A DNA stretch of 63,108 nucleotides, the filler included, from Octopus bimaculoides (Eukaryota), in NCBI RefSeq assembly GCF_001194135.2. It is 8 parts of 7 records of this genome, joined end to end, with 100 filler letters (N's around TTAATTAATTAA, not from the genome) between each part and the next. Parts side by side here need not be neighbours in the genome. Positions count along the whole stretch, not along the records: positions 18,434 to 32,537 come from NW_026365408.1; positions 32,638 to 52,018 come from NC_068983.1; 6 more parts are not named here. One strand, given 5' to 3'. Both the position numbers and the translations under genes were made by a program. Below, piece by piece: positions 24,671 through 38,035 of this stretch (position 1 is its first letter; each line of letters opens with the position of its first letter). The notes beneath the pieces are model-generated. The model was not told where the DNA came from and searched no databases. It worked only from the letters and a program-made list of their open reading frames with translations.

Positions 24671-26951
24671 GAGAAATTATAGGTACAAGAAAAGGTCAAG
24701 CTCTGCAAGAAGCAGACATATGACGTAAAAGATAACAGAAGGATGACAAAAAATTTACAGGAGAAATAAAACAGATGAATATAAACACACTCTACTCTCC
24801 ATCAACTGTCAACCAAATATCATCACTATTTTGACAACTAACAACAATATTGTTCAATTTGGCAGTGTAAGCAATGTTGAGTTGTTGGATTATAAATGAG
24901 TGGACATTACAAACAAATAAGGACATAAAAATTTGGGATAAAAACAATAACAGAAAAAAAATGACTTGTAGACTGAATAGTAAAGACAAATTCTGGTGGT
25001 GGTGGTGGGAAGATACCAAACGAAACAATACACACACACATGTATGTATGTATGTATGTATGTATGTATGTACATATGTACATATGTACATATGTATGCA
25101 AGCAGGACGTCTTTTGACTTGGTGACGAAGTTAAGACAAATTGTGCATAGTAATGAGGAAAAGATTAAAAATTTAAGCAAACTCTGAGCTGAAACACACA
25201 TATTCATACATATCTATATATCTGAAAGAATGTGTATATGTATTACATATAGATATAAACACACACACATACCCATACATATATAATATACATTATGTAT
25301 GTATGGGTATGTGTGAGTGCATGCCTGTGTTAGTGGAGGAGTGGGAATAAAAAGAATTAATTTAGGAAAGATGAGATGAGAATAGGAAGGAAGGCAAGGA
25401 AAAAGGTGCCGATTCAGGGAAATCCTGATGGGTGTGGTGACAACTCTCTCTCTCTCTCTTTTTCTCTCCACTCACACACTCCCATACACCAACACTTCCA
25501 CCATAATTCTACTTTCCCCTTTCACACAACCTGCCCACCATACCCCATCCCTTCATTTTTAAGCTGCTGCCAGGCTTAGTCTTAAGTATTTCCCTGCCTA
25601 GTCAGCATGTGTGCATGCACACACACAATTTTGCCCAGCTAGACAATATGTGTGCATGTGTGTGTGTGGTCATATGTAAACACATGTATGTATACACACA
25701 CACTTTATTCAGGCACTGCATGTGTGTGTGTGTGTGTGTGTGTGTGGCAGTACTTGTGAGCATAGACTTATGTGCCTGCTTGGATATGTGTGTTTGTGTA
25801 AGTTCTACACGCAATTCTTCCTGTCTAGATAGTGTATGTGTATATGTATTTGTGTATATGCTTCTTTATGAGTATGTGTGAGCATGACTAGACTACTTAG
25901 TAGTTCAGATCATTAAAGAGGCAGGTGAGTTACCCAGTATCTTTCTCTCTCTCTTCCTTCTACACATACACACATGCACATGTATATGTGTAATATTGAC
26001 ACTACAGATATGCAAAATTGTTTATACACGTTTACATACATACACATATCATATATACACATTATATGTAACAGTTGACTTTTGTTAAAATGTGTCATGT
26101 GTTGACAGCATAGTTTGCAAACTGGCAGAATTTTTGGAGCATTGGACAGAAAGTATTACAGAGTTTATTCAAACTGTCTGTGTCCTGTTACAAATACACC
26201 GAGGTCAACTTTACTTTTTATCCATACAGGGTGGATAAATAATATACTAGAGTGGTGGATCAGAGGGACTGAGAGTGGGAGATCCAGATTTTTGCATTCT
26301 AAGTTTGTATTTAGTTCCACAGTAGTGGGAAATGGGACCTTGAACACCTAGCTGACAATGACAGATGACCAGTGATATGGCAATTAGAGCAACATTTCAG
26401 CTAGATCAACTTGTATGAATGCAAATGCATATCCTTCACTAGAAGAGGTGGGATAGAAAAATAACCAATAGTGTGTCTGGAGAAGGAAGAAAAATATGAG
26501 AAGAAATTATGTGGTTAGATCTTTGGATGCTGGCATTCACAGATGTGATGAGAGGTTGGAAAGAAGTGGTTATAAGTTGTACTGCAAACCTAGCTAACTT
26601 ACAACAGCATAGATTTACTACTGCTGCTGAAAACAATTTTATAAAGCTTCCAACTAACACTGATGGGAGCAGTGATGACATTAATATCAGTCATAGCAAC
26701 AATATCTCAACAGTTGTGGTGATGATGGTGGTGATAGTTATGACAGTACAAGTGGTTGCCAAACTAAAATCAGTTCTTAGTGGCTCCCTTATTTACTGCT
26801 GAGCTAGCAGTAATCTTTGTGTTGAGTTAAAACTCAAGGTTTCTTAAAGTGTTTGAAATTAAATGCCCTCCCCACCATCACATACACCATTTGAGGGTTA
26901 CCAAGTATGTATGTATGTGCATGTGTGTGTGTGAGGGAGAGAGAGAGAGGG

Positions 26952-26995
<44 letters not shown>

Positions 26996-28169
26996 TGATA
27001 GCAGAATGAGAGTAGTATGGCAGGCAGAATAAAGATAAGGCCTTAAAATATTTCCCAGCATTACATCAAGAGGTTTTAGCAGAGTTGAAGCTAGGATTTG
27101 AAGTGTTGTGATAATCAGACTGGAGTCAGGTGCAGCTTTCCAGCCCTGGTCAAACCATCCAACGCATGCCAGCATGGACAACAGACCTAAAATGATGATG
27201 AATATGATGATAATAAATTATCAACTGCTGCGAAATTTACTTCAGCAATGGAAGTCAGCTGTAAGACGTAAGCTTCTTCTCTCCTACCAGCATCCATAAA
27301 AGGAGACCCAAAGATTACTATACCTACATAATATAGATACACTGTTTCAATAAATGTACAATCTTGGCCTCATTATACAAAATAAAGTGGTTACAGGGTG
27401 TTTTATCTCTTTGAAGACAGAAAAAGTACCACTCGGACCAGCTTCTGGTCTTAAACTTTCACCAGGGAAAGAAAACATAACTTCTGTCCACAGAGGGATA
27501 AGTTGCTTAGAGGCAGAACTATAGCAAGTAGTAAGAATTGGTTTAATTGTATAATAGTGCATGCATTAACACGCACACACACACACCTAAATATTTATTC
27601 CTTTATTTCTTCATGCTATTATGGGTAAAATGGAGGTCCTCATTCATAATTACCAAATGGTAATTAAGACCAGCTTCATATGAAAAGGGGTGGTATATAC
27701 GAGCAGTCATGTACCCAGCTGTATGACAGTAGCATTTAGTGGTAGTGGTAGTATCAGTGGAGTGCTACTATAGTTGTAGTGATAGCGTAATTGTAGAGAG
27801 CAGTAGTATCAGTACATTTATCACTATAGTGATTTCTGATCAATAAACTATCTCCACCTCCAACTTCAGCTTGTTTTTTTCAACTCCCTTTCTTTGATAG
27901 AATATATTTTCTAACCTCACATCATTCCCTTCACCCTCTCACTTTAACACACCCAATTTACACACCTCCCACCTCTCTATGTATTCAATATCAACTTACT
28001 AATTTAGTTTCTGTACACATCATAATTCAGCATTAACATCCCTGTACCATAACCACCATCACCACAATACTCGCAACTACTACCATCACTATCAACACTG
28101 AGTTTTATTGGTTTCATTAGCTTAATCTGAAGGAAGGGCTTATGTAGGTGGCTTTTCTCCTTTCCTCTG

Positions 28170-28760
28170 AAACTGATGAAATTATAGTGGTTAATGGACT
28201 GCTTGAACTGGTCTAAGTCGATGGCTGCAAGAAAAATCTGTACTAAGGAAATTCCAGAGAGTGGAAATTTTAGAAAGGAAAGACTGGGTGTAATAGTTAG
28301 TGCAAGGCTTAACAGAAGGTGGTTGGGACACAACATGGCTAAGAAGAAGAAGAAGAGAGATGTGTCAGTCAGCAATATCTGAGTGAAAGCAATATCAGAT
28401 AAGCTAATTCTTCAGAGTAGAGTCTAGTACAGTAGCAGCAGTAGAAGATACAGTACATTTGTGTGCAGCATAATTCAAATCAGTAGAGTGGTCTTTGGCT
28501 ACAGTCTAGGATAGGTTTGTGTGCCTCTGATGTGGGAGCTATGCTCCATTTTACATCTCAGCTGAGCTTTGTCAAAAGCACGTAGTTGATGAAGTCTGGA
28601 GTATTTTTTCCCCTGATGCTGAAGAAAGAGGTCAGTTTTTGCTTACTATGTACAAGATGTGTTCTTTAGTGATGGTGAGGTGTAGCCTTTGTATTGACCT
28701 TGGGGGTTCTAATTGTCTGCTGGGTATAAGATGATTTTATTTTGCAAAGTCAAGGGATTC
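28170..28760 (-). mobile_element. CR1/L2-group LINE 3' fragment, heavily decayed
   Basis: Frameshifted KAQLRCKMEHSSHI (consensus KAQIRP.MEY.SH.W) and TLWNFL...DLDQFKQSIN. Confidence 0.6.
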
Positions 28761-28859
28761 TGTGTCTCATAGATTGGCATGGTTCCATTGGAGAATGATT
28801 TATAAGTTCCTGTATATAGAATCCTGTATATAGAATCAATGGGGGGCAAACAGACACAT

Positions 28860-28897
<38 letters not shown>

Positions 28898-28900
<3 letters not shown>

Positions 28901-29055
28901 CGATGGGCTTCATTCAGTTTCTGTCTACCAAATCCACTCACAAGGCTTTAGTCGGTCTAAGGCTATAGTAGAAAACACTTGCCCAAGGTACTACTGAACC
29001 CGGAGCCATGTGGTTGGGAAGCAAGCTTCTTACCACACAGTCACTCCTGTGCCAT
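28898..29055 (-). mobile_element. SINE family A head
   Basis: cgatgggcttcattcagtttctgtctaccaaatccactcacaaggc...cacacagtcactcctgtgcc. Confidence 0.8.
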
Positions 29056-29226
29056 ATGACCATGTGTGTGCATCTAAATTCTATATGTACACACAAATAT
29101 AAATAAATATACATGTAATTAATGTATAATGTGTTTTACAAAATATACACATGTGTGTTGTGTGTGTGTGCATATGTGTCTGGCAGTACTTGTGAACATA
29201 GAATTATGTGCCTGCTTAGATGTGCG

Positions 29227-29275
<49 letters not shown>

Positions 29276-29934
29276 ATGATAGAAGGCAGGGAGAGAGAGA
29301 AAAACAGAAAGAGAAGGGACAGTGAAAATAGCTGTCATTAGCAAAACCTGAAACCTTGACAACACTGTTGGTTCAACATCAGCAAATTTTTTGAGACTGG
29401 AGTTGGCTGAAGTAAGACATATAGAGAGGAATTTGGCTGACATCAGTGCAAAAACACATCACCACCACCATCACTGTATTGTGGGGGCCAAATGTACAGT
29501 AAAACCACTTTCCTCATCACCACCACCATCATCACAATCATTACCAGCATCACAACCAACAACAACGCCATTACAGCCATTATCACCACCATCATCATTG
29601 TTACAAACACCATCCCAACTCATGTCACCATCACATCCACCACTGCCACAGACCCTTTCATGATACTCACCAACATCACAACTACCAACACCACAACCAA
29701 TACCATCATAACTAACACCATTACCACAATTGCTTTCACCACAATCACGAGTACCATTACAAAGTGATGGAGAAATATATGGTGTTTCTATGCATGGAAG
29801 TGTATGTATGATATTGTAAATCTGCTCACATAGATATTTGTGTGTATGCATTTGTGAAATGAGTAAATGAACTTGTGTGAGATCATTATTTACAGTGCAT
29901 GTGTCTCTCTCTCTCTATATATTATATAATATAG

Positions 29935-30328
29935 ACTGTCTTTTACTTGTTTCAGTCATTTGACTGCGGCCATGCTGGAGCACTGCCTTTTAGTTGAGCA
30001 AATTGACCACAGGACTTTCTTTGGAAGTCTAGTACTTATTCTATCAGTCTCTTTTGCCGAACCGCTAAATTACGGGGACGTAAACACACCAGCATCAGTT
30101 GTCAAGCGATGTTGGGGGGACAAACACAGACACAAACATATACACATATATATATACATATATAGGACGGGCTTCTTTCAGTTTCCATCTACCAAATCCA
30201 CTCACAAGGCTTTGGTTGGCCCAAGGCTATAGTAGAAGACACTTGCCCAAAGTGCCACACAGTGGGAATGAACCCGGAACCATGTGGTTAGTAAACAAAC
30301 TACTTTCCACACAGCCACTCCTGCGCCT
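29935..30328 (-). mobile_element. SINE family A, full bipartite copy
   Basis: 3' half, internal CA/TA microsatellite and tRNA-like head. Confidence 0.85.
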
Positions 30329-30554
30329 ATATATACATACATATCTTATATATTATATATATACATATNNNNNNNNNNNNNNNNNNNNNNNNNNNNNNNN
30401 NNNNNNNNNNNNNNNNNNNNNNNNNNNNNNNNNNNNNNNNNNNNNNNNNNNNNNNNNNNNNNNNNNNNNNNNNNNNNNNNNNNNNNNNNNNNNNNNNNNN
30501 NNNNNNNNNNNNNNNNNNNNNNNNNNNNNNNNNNNNTATATATATATATATATA

Positions 30555-30718
30555 TGTGCAGGCGTGGCTGTGTGTTAAGAATCCTGCTTCCCAACCACAT
30601 AGTTCTAGGTTCAGCCCCAGTACATGACACCTTGGTAAAGTGTCTACTGCTACAGCAGCTGGCCAACCAAAGCCTTGTGAGTGGATTTAGTAGATGGAAA
30701 CTGAAAGAAGCTCGTCGT
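30555..30718 (+). mobile_element. SINE family A head
   Basis: gcaggcgtggctgtgtgttaag...ggttcagcccca...ggaaactgaaagaagctcgtcg. Confidence 0.85.
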
Positions 30719-30743
30719 ATATATATATACATATATATATATA

Positions 30744-31314
30744 TGTAGTGAAACCACCTCTCTCACGGTTATATATTTACAAATGCGAACGTAGCAGGAA
30801 ACAACTCTTTCCCGCCTTGCTGTGTCATCACCTGACTGACTTTTATTTTTGCAGCATTTGCCTCCAGTCCGTTCGCGCCAGGACGCAAACCGACCAACCG
30901 TAGCCACTAATAAGGTCACGTGAGAGAGTGTTTTTCTGATGCTTTCTGGAGCCTCTATTTTCCTATAAGTAGCCTGCTAGATACGCGCCAATTTGTCGCA
31001 GCTACAGATCCTCACAGATCTGGTCGTTGACCACACACGTAACACAGCCAGCCAGTTCCAGCGACATCAACAACATCGTTCAACTACATACTACCAGCAT
31101 CGTCGCCAACGTCAACATGATTTCTCCACGTACACAAGCAACTGCAGCTTCTCTTCTCAACCCTGTTGTGTGAATTGTTCACCACAAAATTAACAGCCAG
31201 TATAGTATTATAACATATATCATTATATTTTGTGTCGACCGTGTGACGCGTTAAAAAAGGAGCCTGTTTTCCATTCGTCACCATTTCTCCTTTGGTTCGC
31301 ACGGTCGTTCTACA
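30744..31314 (-). mobile_element. Probable solo LTR (571 bp) in a (TA)n tract
   Basis: Ends TGTAG...CTACA (5-bp inverted termini), TATA on both sides, AATAAA on the minus strand about 100 bp from the 3' end, CpG-rich, no ORF. Confidence 0.6.
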
Positions 31315-31332
31315 TATACATATATATATATC

Positions 31333-32300
31333 TGAAGCAAGGTGCATTCGAGGTGGAGTCGTTTGAAAACTTTTAGATGTCCATTTAGACGGTTTGAGAT
31401 TTTTGCTCTTCGTCTCATTAGTATCCTCCTATCCCTGGGTATTATATTTTTCTTCACCTGTTGACTTGGTGTTCTCTTTAGGATAAACTTACTGCAGATA
31501 TCATATATGGTTGCCATGAAGTTCTGTACTTTCATGTCGATGTTTTCCCCAGAGAGGATGGTGGAACAGTTACATTTCAGGACCTCTTTCTCAATGCCCA
31601 TCCAGTCAGCTTTGTGGAAATTCAGGCTAGAGATGAGATGAGCGTTTCTAGTATTTTGTATGTCCATGGTCTTTTGTAGTCCATACATTACTAGTTCTAT
31701 TAAATTATGGTCCAAAAAAAGAGTCGGTGGCAATTTCATGCCAAGCTGTTTGTGAAACATAGGTCCAACATATTCTTTCCCCTTGTGGGGTGATGCACCA
31801 TCTGCTCCATAAAGAGTGTGTCAGTGAAGTCAAGCAAAGACTCTGCATGCTTCCGATTTTGAAGTGATATACTTGAAAGGGGACAACTATCTGGCCATTT
31901 TACATGAGGGAGATTCAAATCCCCTAAGAAAAGTATGTACAGATCGTTGTCGAGATTCGTCAAAACATCTCTCATTTTTTGGAGGCACTATTCAAATGAG
32001 TTCTCATGATCTGGCGCATCTGGTGGGCAATATGTGGTACATATTACCAACCTCATCTGTTTCATGTGTACTACCACAGTATCACATACAGTGTTGGAGT
32101 GCGACAAGAGTACCATGGGTGTGACATCATCTTGGATGTACATTGCCACTCCTTCATGAGATCTTTCTCGTCCGTCAGTTTGTAGCACGACATAGCCTGG
32201 TATGTGTACTTCGGTGTCCGATATATCCACATTTAGGCTTGTTTCTGTTAGTGACACGCATATTGCTTGATTACATGTCACAAGGTCTCTTAGTTATTAC
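31333..32300 (-). mobile_element. CR1-group LINE, apurinic endonuclease domain and linker, 3'-truncated with frameshifts
   Basis: SLTETSL, GYVVLQTDGRERSHEGVAMY, YCPP, LGDLNLPHVKW, PTRGKNMLDLCFTN, DHNLI, LNFHKADW. Confidence 0.88.
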
Positions 32301-32497
32301 GTTTCACGTTGGTGGAGTGTTATAAGGCCCCTGATGTTCAGAGAGAGTATTGGTGTGAGTAGCAGGGCATCGGAGAGTCAATGGGTCTGGCATGTCAGAT
32401 GTCGGGGTGGCCACCCCGGTTTCTTTGTTACCTGAGGTGGAGAGGGATATTGGTATGTACTTTGCATGTGTATATATGTGTATAAATTTTATATATA

Positions 32498-32536
<39 letters not shown>

Positions 32537-32537
32537 G

Positions 32538-32637
32538 NNNNNNNNNNNNNNNNNNNNNNNNNNNNNNNNNNNNNNNNNNNNTTAATTAATTAANNNNNNN
32601 NNNNNNNNNNNNNNNNNNNNNNNNNNNNNNNNNNNNN
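32538..32637. other. Artificial scaffold-joining spacer
   Basis: 44 N + TTAATTAATTAA + 44 N. Confidence 0.97.
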
Positions 32638-32689
32638 CTGGCAGTATGTATGTATTTCCATATATATAGAGAAAGGTAAATGGTAAAGA

Positions 32690-32990
32690 CCCTAATTGGT
32701 CATGAATGACCATGGGATTGCACCTAGAAAGCTTCCCTCTGTGGTACAAGTCCGGGCAAGGTTGTTTATGGAAGACCAGCAGTCGCCCATGTCACTCATG
32801 TTATGAAAGGCAAATGCCAATACAGCTTGGCACCAGTGACATCACAACTCATTTCTACAGCTAAGTTAACTGTAGTAATGTGAAATAAAGTGTCTTGCTC
32901 AAGAGCACAACACACAGCCCGGTCTGGGAATCGACTCACTACCTCAAGATTGTGAGCCCGACGCCCTAACCACTGAGCCATGCACCTTCA
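32690..32990 (-). mobile_element. SINE family C (tRNA head + conserved central domain)
   Basis: Revcomp: tggctcagtggttagggcgtcgggctcac...gttgtgctcttgagcaagacactttatttcac. Confidence 0.8.
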
Positions 32991-35653
32991 CATATAGAGA
33001 GGTATATATAATGGATTAGAATGCACCCCGTAGTGCATGTATTAGAGAGATAGATATAGATATGTATGCATATATATTTGCATGCATACACACATACCTA
33101 TATACATACATGCATACATACATACATACATACATACATACATGCATATATACATGATATGTGGATACATATGTATATTTAGTTTTATCTGTGTGCATGC
33201 TTTTGTATCTTATATCAGATGTTTATCTATATATGCTTTTATATGCATGTTCATGCGTGTATTTGTGTGCATTTTCATATATCTGATTGCACGTTTTATA
33301 GATGTGTCTGTGTAAAATTGCCCAGACATGTACAGATGTGTTCATATTTATGTGTTCAGACACCACAGGTCACATAAGTCTACCAAGTTTCTGACTTTGA
33401 AAAAGCTATTTAAACAGTGATTTATTTTTGGGACACCTCCTACATAGACACATAAGCATTTATGTTTACATAAGTGTGGTTTGTGTGTACATATTTATGT
33501 ATGGAAATGTCTATTTGTATTTGATTTATAAAAGTGAATATGTATGTAAGTATACATGTATGTATGTATATGTGTATGTATGTATGTTTGTACATAGTGT
33601 GTGTGTATGTTCCTGTATGTATTCCTATGTGTGAATGTATGTGCGTGTATAATTATGTGTGTGGTTCTATTTGTTTGTGTGTGCATGTATGTGAGTTGTG
33701 TATGTGTGCATGTATGTGTGTGTGTGTGTATGTGTGTTTATCATTTAACAAGTTGTGATTTTGTTTTTTTAAGATGAGGTTAATTTTCCAAGTCAAGAGA
33801 ATTTGAACAGAAAATTTAATAATTCAAATAATAGAGAAAGCAGTGTGTTATGCCATTACATAATGAAGAATAAATATTTATGAGTTTGGTGAATCCAGAC
33901 ACAGTTAAATGAATCATATGATTAGAGAAACTGGAGAGGAATTACAGAATTAACAGGAACCAAAAGAAATTAGGTGCTACTGACAATTTTTCTGTCTGAT
34001 GGATTCTTGTAAAAGTTAGTTTAATCATAAATTATTTTTTAAAAAAAGACCTGTTGGCTAAAAAAACAAAAAGCAAAAAGTAGCTTTTATTTTCTGTTTT
34101 AGTCTGTTTTTATTTTTTATGCTCTTAGTTTTTTGTAATTATTTTTTTCCACGTGTGTGTAGGTGTGTGCATATGTGTCTGTTTCATATTTTAATATTTG
34201 TCTGCCAAAGTAATAATAATAATATTGATGATGGTAGTAGTAGTAGTAGTAGGAGTAGGAGGAGGAAAATGGTAAATGATAATTGTAATAGTAATAATAA
34301 TGAAAAGATGATGATGACATTTAATAAGAATAATGAAAATGATAATTAGAATAATAGCAACAACAATGATAATAGTAATAACAATAAGAATTCCAATAAG
34401 AATAATTATGCAAATAATAAATAATAACAATTTATTAACGGTGGTGTTGGTAATTATGATGATGACAGCAACAATAATGACAATGACGATTATGATAATG
34501 ATGATGATGATGATGACAATGTTGATAATGACGGTGATGATGGTGGTGTTGATGTTAGTGGTAGCCGTGGTAAGAGTGGCAGCAGCAATAATGGTAGTGA
34601 TGTAGATGGCAATGCCGATAATGATGATGATAATGTTGATGATGACAATGATGATGATGATAATGATGATTTCTCACATTTAGTGCTATCATCATCATCA
34701 TCATCATTATCATCATCATATTTTGCTTTATGTTACATTACATAGAAATGTTTTCCCATTTATTTTTTTCTTTCTTTTTGCTTCCATTAAATGCCCTTGA
34801 GGCTATTAAAGAAATTATTGATGGTTTTTGTTCTTGTTCTTCATTTTGTTCTTACTATTTTCTTTTTTGTTTTGTCTTTGTTGATAGAAAAAGTAAAAAA
34901 GAAAATTTGAAATATTTCTAGAAATTATGGCTAATTTTGCTTAAAGGAATCAAGTGTTACTAAAACATGCTGTGATTGATCGCAAACATTCCACACAAGA
35001 ACTGCCTTTGCAGACAAGACAAGAAAGCTGTGGATTAATTTATAGCCTTGCTGGTGCACAGAGTCAATTTACAATGACCAATTTTCATTAAAGTTCCTGT
35101 CATGATACAAAATCTTCAACTATAAACCGTATTAGTTAGATTTCAGTCGTAGCTTCAGCAAGATTGCAGGAAATTATGGGAAGCATTTTCATCTCCTTCA
35201 AATGGGAATTAAAGATGATTTGGTAGTTTAAACATTGCTGTAAGAACCAATAATATTGATCATCACATTAAAGGGAAAATAGTTGATTTAAGGCTGGAGT
35301 GGAACTTACAAATCCCTTCCAACTTGTCATTGTTGTATATAATATACAGTGTGCATAAAGTGAGCAAAGACTGGAGCTAAAAAGAAATTCTCTTTTGTGT
35401 GCCACATACAATGGTCTTGAAATATTCAGAAGATCCAAAGAAAATTCACAGGAAGAACCATTTTTATTTATCTATTTTTGTTTTCCTTTGCTTTGATATA
35501 TCTTCTCTTGAAACGATGATAATAGGAGTTAAGATTCAGTGGAGGAAAATTACAGTAGTCAAACAAGTTGGTCTTTAAAGAGATCATTCTTGCAGGCTAG
35601 AATTAAAAAGTCAGTATGAATGATAGGAACTCAATTGCTGTTGTTGGAGTAGC

Positions 35654-35695
<42 letters not shown>

Positions 35696-35717
35696 GCTGG
35701 TGCTGGTGGTGGTGCTG

Positions 35718-35763
<46 letters not shown>

Positions 35764-35999
35764 GTGGTGGTGGTGGTGCTGCTGCTGGTGGTAGAGGTGG
35801 TGGTGGTGGTGGCGGTGGTCAGTGATAGTTGCTGTTGCAGCTGATAGTAGTATAGCATATATAGTATTGGGGTACCAATTGGTGGGTTGTAGCGGTTTTG
35901 GGGGCTTTGTTGTTATTGTTGGAACTGTATTATGGTTGTTGTAATTATTGATATTGTGTGTTGGTAGTGGGGAGTGTGGAGACAGCATTCATGAATGCA

Positions 36000-36660
36000 A
36001 AGTGTAAAAACAGCACTTGCAGAATATACAATTAATGCTTTTATATGTAGAATATTGAAACAGTCTATATACAAACAGCACTGTAGAATATAAAATTAAT
36101 GCAATTAAGTGCAGAGTGCAGAAACAGCACTGTGGAAGAATACAGAGTAAATAACATTATGTGTAGAGTGTATAAAACAGGGGTCAGTGAACCAGGGTGA
36201 ATTACTCAAGTGGGGTAAAAATGAAATTTTGGGGGTAATGAGGACTCGTTAGGCATAATTAAAATTATATAAGAAAACGTGTTTCTTGTTATGACAGAAA
36301 TTTTTTTTTTGGTAGCACTGCATCTGTCCAATGTAATGGATGTGTAAATAAATTCATATAAATAGATTTAGTAAAATAGATTCAATAAAACTTTTGAATT
36401 CAAAGAATCTATGACTTTCTTCCTTTCAAATCATGGAGGTAACGTCAGCATTAATAAATATATTTTAGGGTAATTGGTTAAAAGTTCCCTGAACCCTGGT
36501 ATATAAAGTACTGTAGAATGTATAAGTGTGGAGTGTAGAAACAGCAATGGGAAATATAGAGTTACTGCTACTGATGTAGGGTGTAGAATAAGCATTAATG
36601 AGTGCTAAGAATGGTGAATGTAGAGTGTAAAGTCAGCACTAGTAAAGGCTTAAAACAGTA
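36000..36660. repeat. Degenerate ~55-bp minisatellite interrupted by a hAT MITE
   Basis: Recurring aaacagcact(t)g(c/t)agaatata..attaatg and gtgtagagtgta units on both sides of the MITE. Confidence 0.65.
36178..36498. mobile_element. hAT-type non-autonomous element (MITE, 321 bp)
   Basis: 15-bp TIR CAGGGGTCAGTGAAC / GTTCCCTGAACCCTG (13/15 match); 8-bp TSD GTATAAAA / GTATATAA (7/8 match). Confidence 0.8.
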
Positions 36661-37140
36661 ATTCTCATCTGGGGTCTGTATGACCCTTGGGGCTCCATAT
36701 AAGATTTTGTTGTTAAAGTTTATGTGCACTAAATTAGTTATACTTCTACAACACAAAAGTATTTTAACAACTTTTTATGCAATTCCTGATAATATTTAAT
36801 TATAAAAATGTAGTGGAGGCAATGGCTTAGTGGTTAGGGTGTTGGACTCATGATTGTAAGGTTGTGGTTTTGATTTCTAGACCGGGTGATGTGTTGTATT
36901 CTTGAGCAAAACACTTCATTTCACATTGCTCCCATTCACTCAACTAACGAAAATGGGTAATCCTGTGACAGACCAGCAGCTCATCCAGAAAGACTGAAAA
37001 ACTGACCCTATGCTTCTTGCAGAGTAATGTGGACTAACCATAAATATATAATATGATCTTTTTACACACTGATTAGCTATGAGGGCCCACCTGAGCGAAA
37101 TAGGAATCAAAGGAGTCCATTAGTAAAAAAACAGTCAGGT
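36656..37140. mobile_element. Possible second hAT (Charlie-like) MITE split by a SINE
   Basis: Left end cagtaattctcatctggggtctgtatgacccttggggctccat resembles a Charlie terminus; degenerate right end near aaggagtccat. Confidence 0.35.
36810..37000 (+). mobile_element. SINE family C
   Basis: A box tggcttagtgg, degenerate B box, central gttgtattcttgagcaaaacacttcatttcac. Confidence 0.8.
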
Positions 37141-37607
37141 ACCTCTCTCTTAGAATGATTAGTAGGGCTGTCAGAAGTTAGTGGAATGTTATCCTTAGTG
37201 GGTGGAGTGTCAGCAGCTTTATGTGTTGTTATTGGTTATTAATTTGAGTTGCATCAAATGGAGTGTTGCCAATGTTAAGTATAGCATCATGGAAATAAAT
37301 TGTGTACCATCAGTGTTATATCTTTAGTATCAACTTTGGAGAGTGGGGTGCTAGCAGAGCTAAGTCAAGTACCAAGTGATATCTAAGTCCATTTAAATGG
37401 TGTATCATTAATATTAAGCCTTTAGCCTTCAAATTATTCTATCAAAAGTAATTTTTATTTATTCACATTATTTTGAATTAATCATTGAGATTTCAATGAT
37501 GTGGTTGTTAATTTTTAGAATGACATTATAAGGTAGGTGTGACAGGCCAAATCTTGACAGTTATAAAATAAAACAGGTAGAATATCTGGGTCAGATAAGG
37601 TGGCAGG

Positions 37608-38035
37608 CTGGCAGAAACATTAGTACACCGGCTGAAATGCTTAGCGGTATTTCGTCTGCCATTACGTTCTGAGTTCAAATTCCACTGAGGTCAACTTTGC
37701 CTTTTATCCTTTTGGGGTCGATAAATTAAGTACCAGTTACGCACTGGGGTCAAAGTAATCGACTTAATCCCTTTGTGTGTCCTTGTTTGTCTACTCTATG
37801 TTTAGCCCCTTGTGGGCAATAAAGAAATAAGATACATTAGCATGCAGGGCAAAATGCTTAGCAATATTTTGTCTGTCTTTATGTTCTGAGTTCAAATTCC
37901 ACCAAGGTCGACTTTGCCTTTCATCCTATCAGGGTCAATAAGTTAAGTACCAGTTGCATACTCGGGTTGATCTAATCAACTCCCCCACCTCCCCAAAAAT
38001 TTCGGGCCTTGTACCTAGAGTAGAAAAGAATATTT
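37608..38035 (+). mobile_element. Two head-to-tail SINE family B copies
   Basis: ggtggcaggctggcagaa...gttctgagttcaaattcc...aagtaccagtt twice in tandem. Confidence 0.85.

Noticed and set aside
27347-27562. Possible exon (both strands partly open)
   Set aside because: No recognisable protein motif and no donor site; strand cannot be decided.
36810-36885. tRNA-like sequences (also at 32920-32990, 61620-61690 and family A/B heads)
   Set aside because: A and B boxes run straight into SINE bodies and no full cloverleaf forms; these are SINE heads, not tRNA genes.
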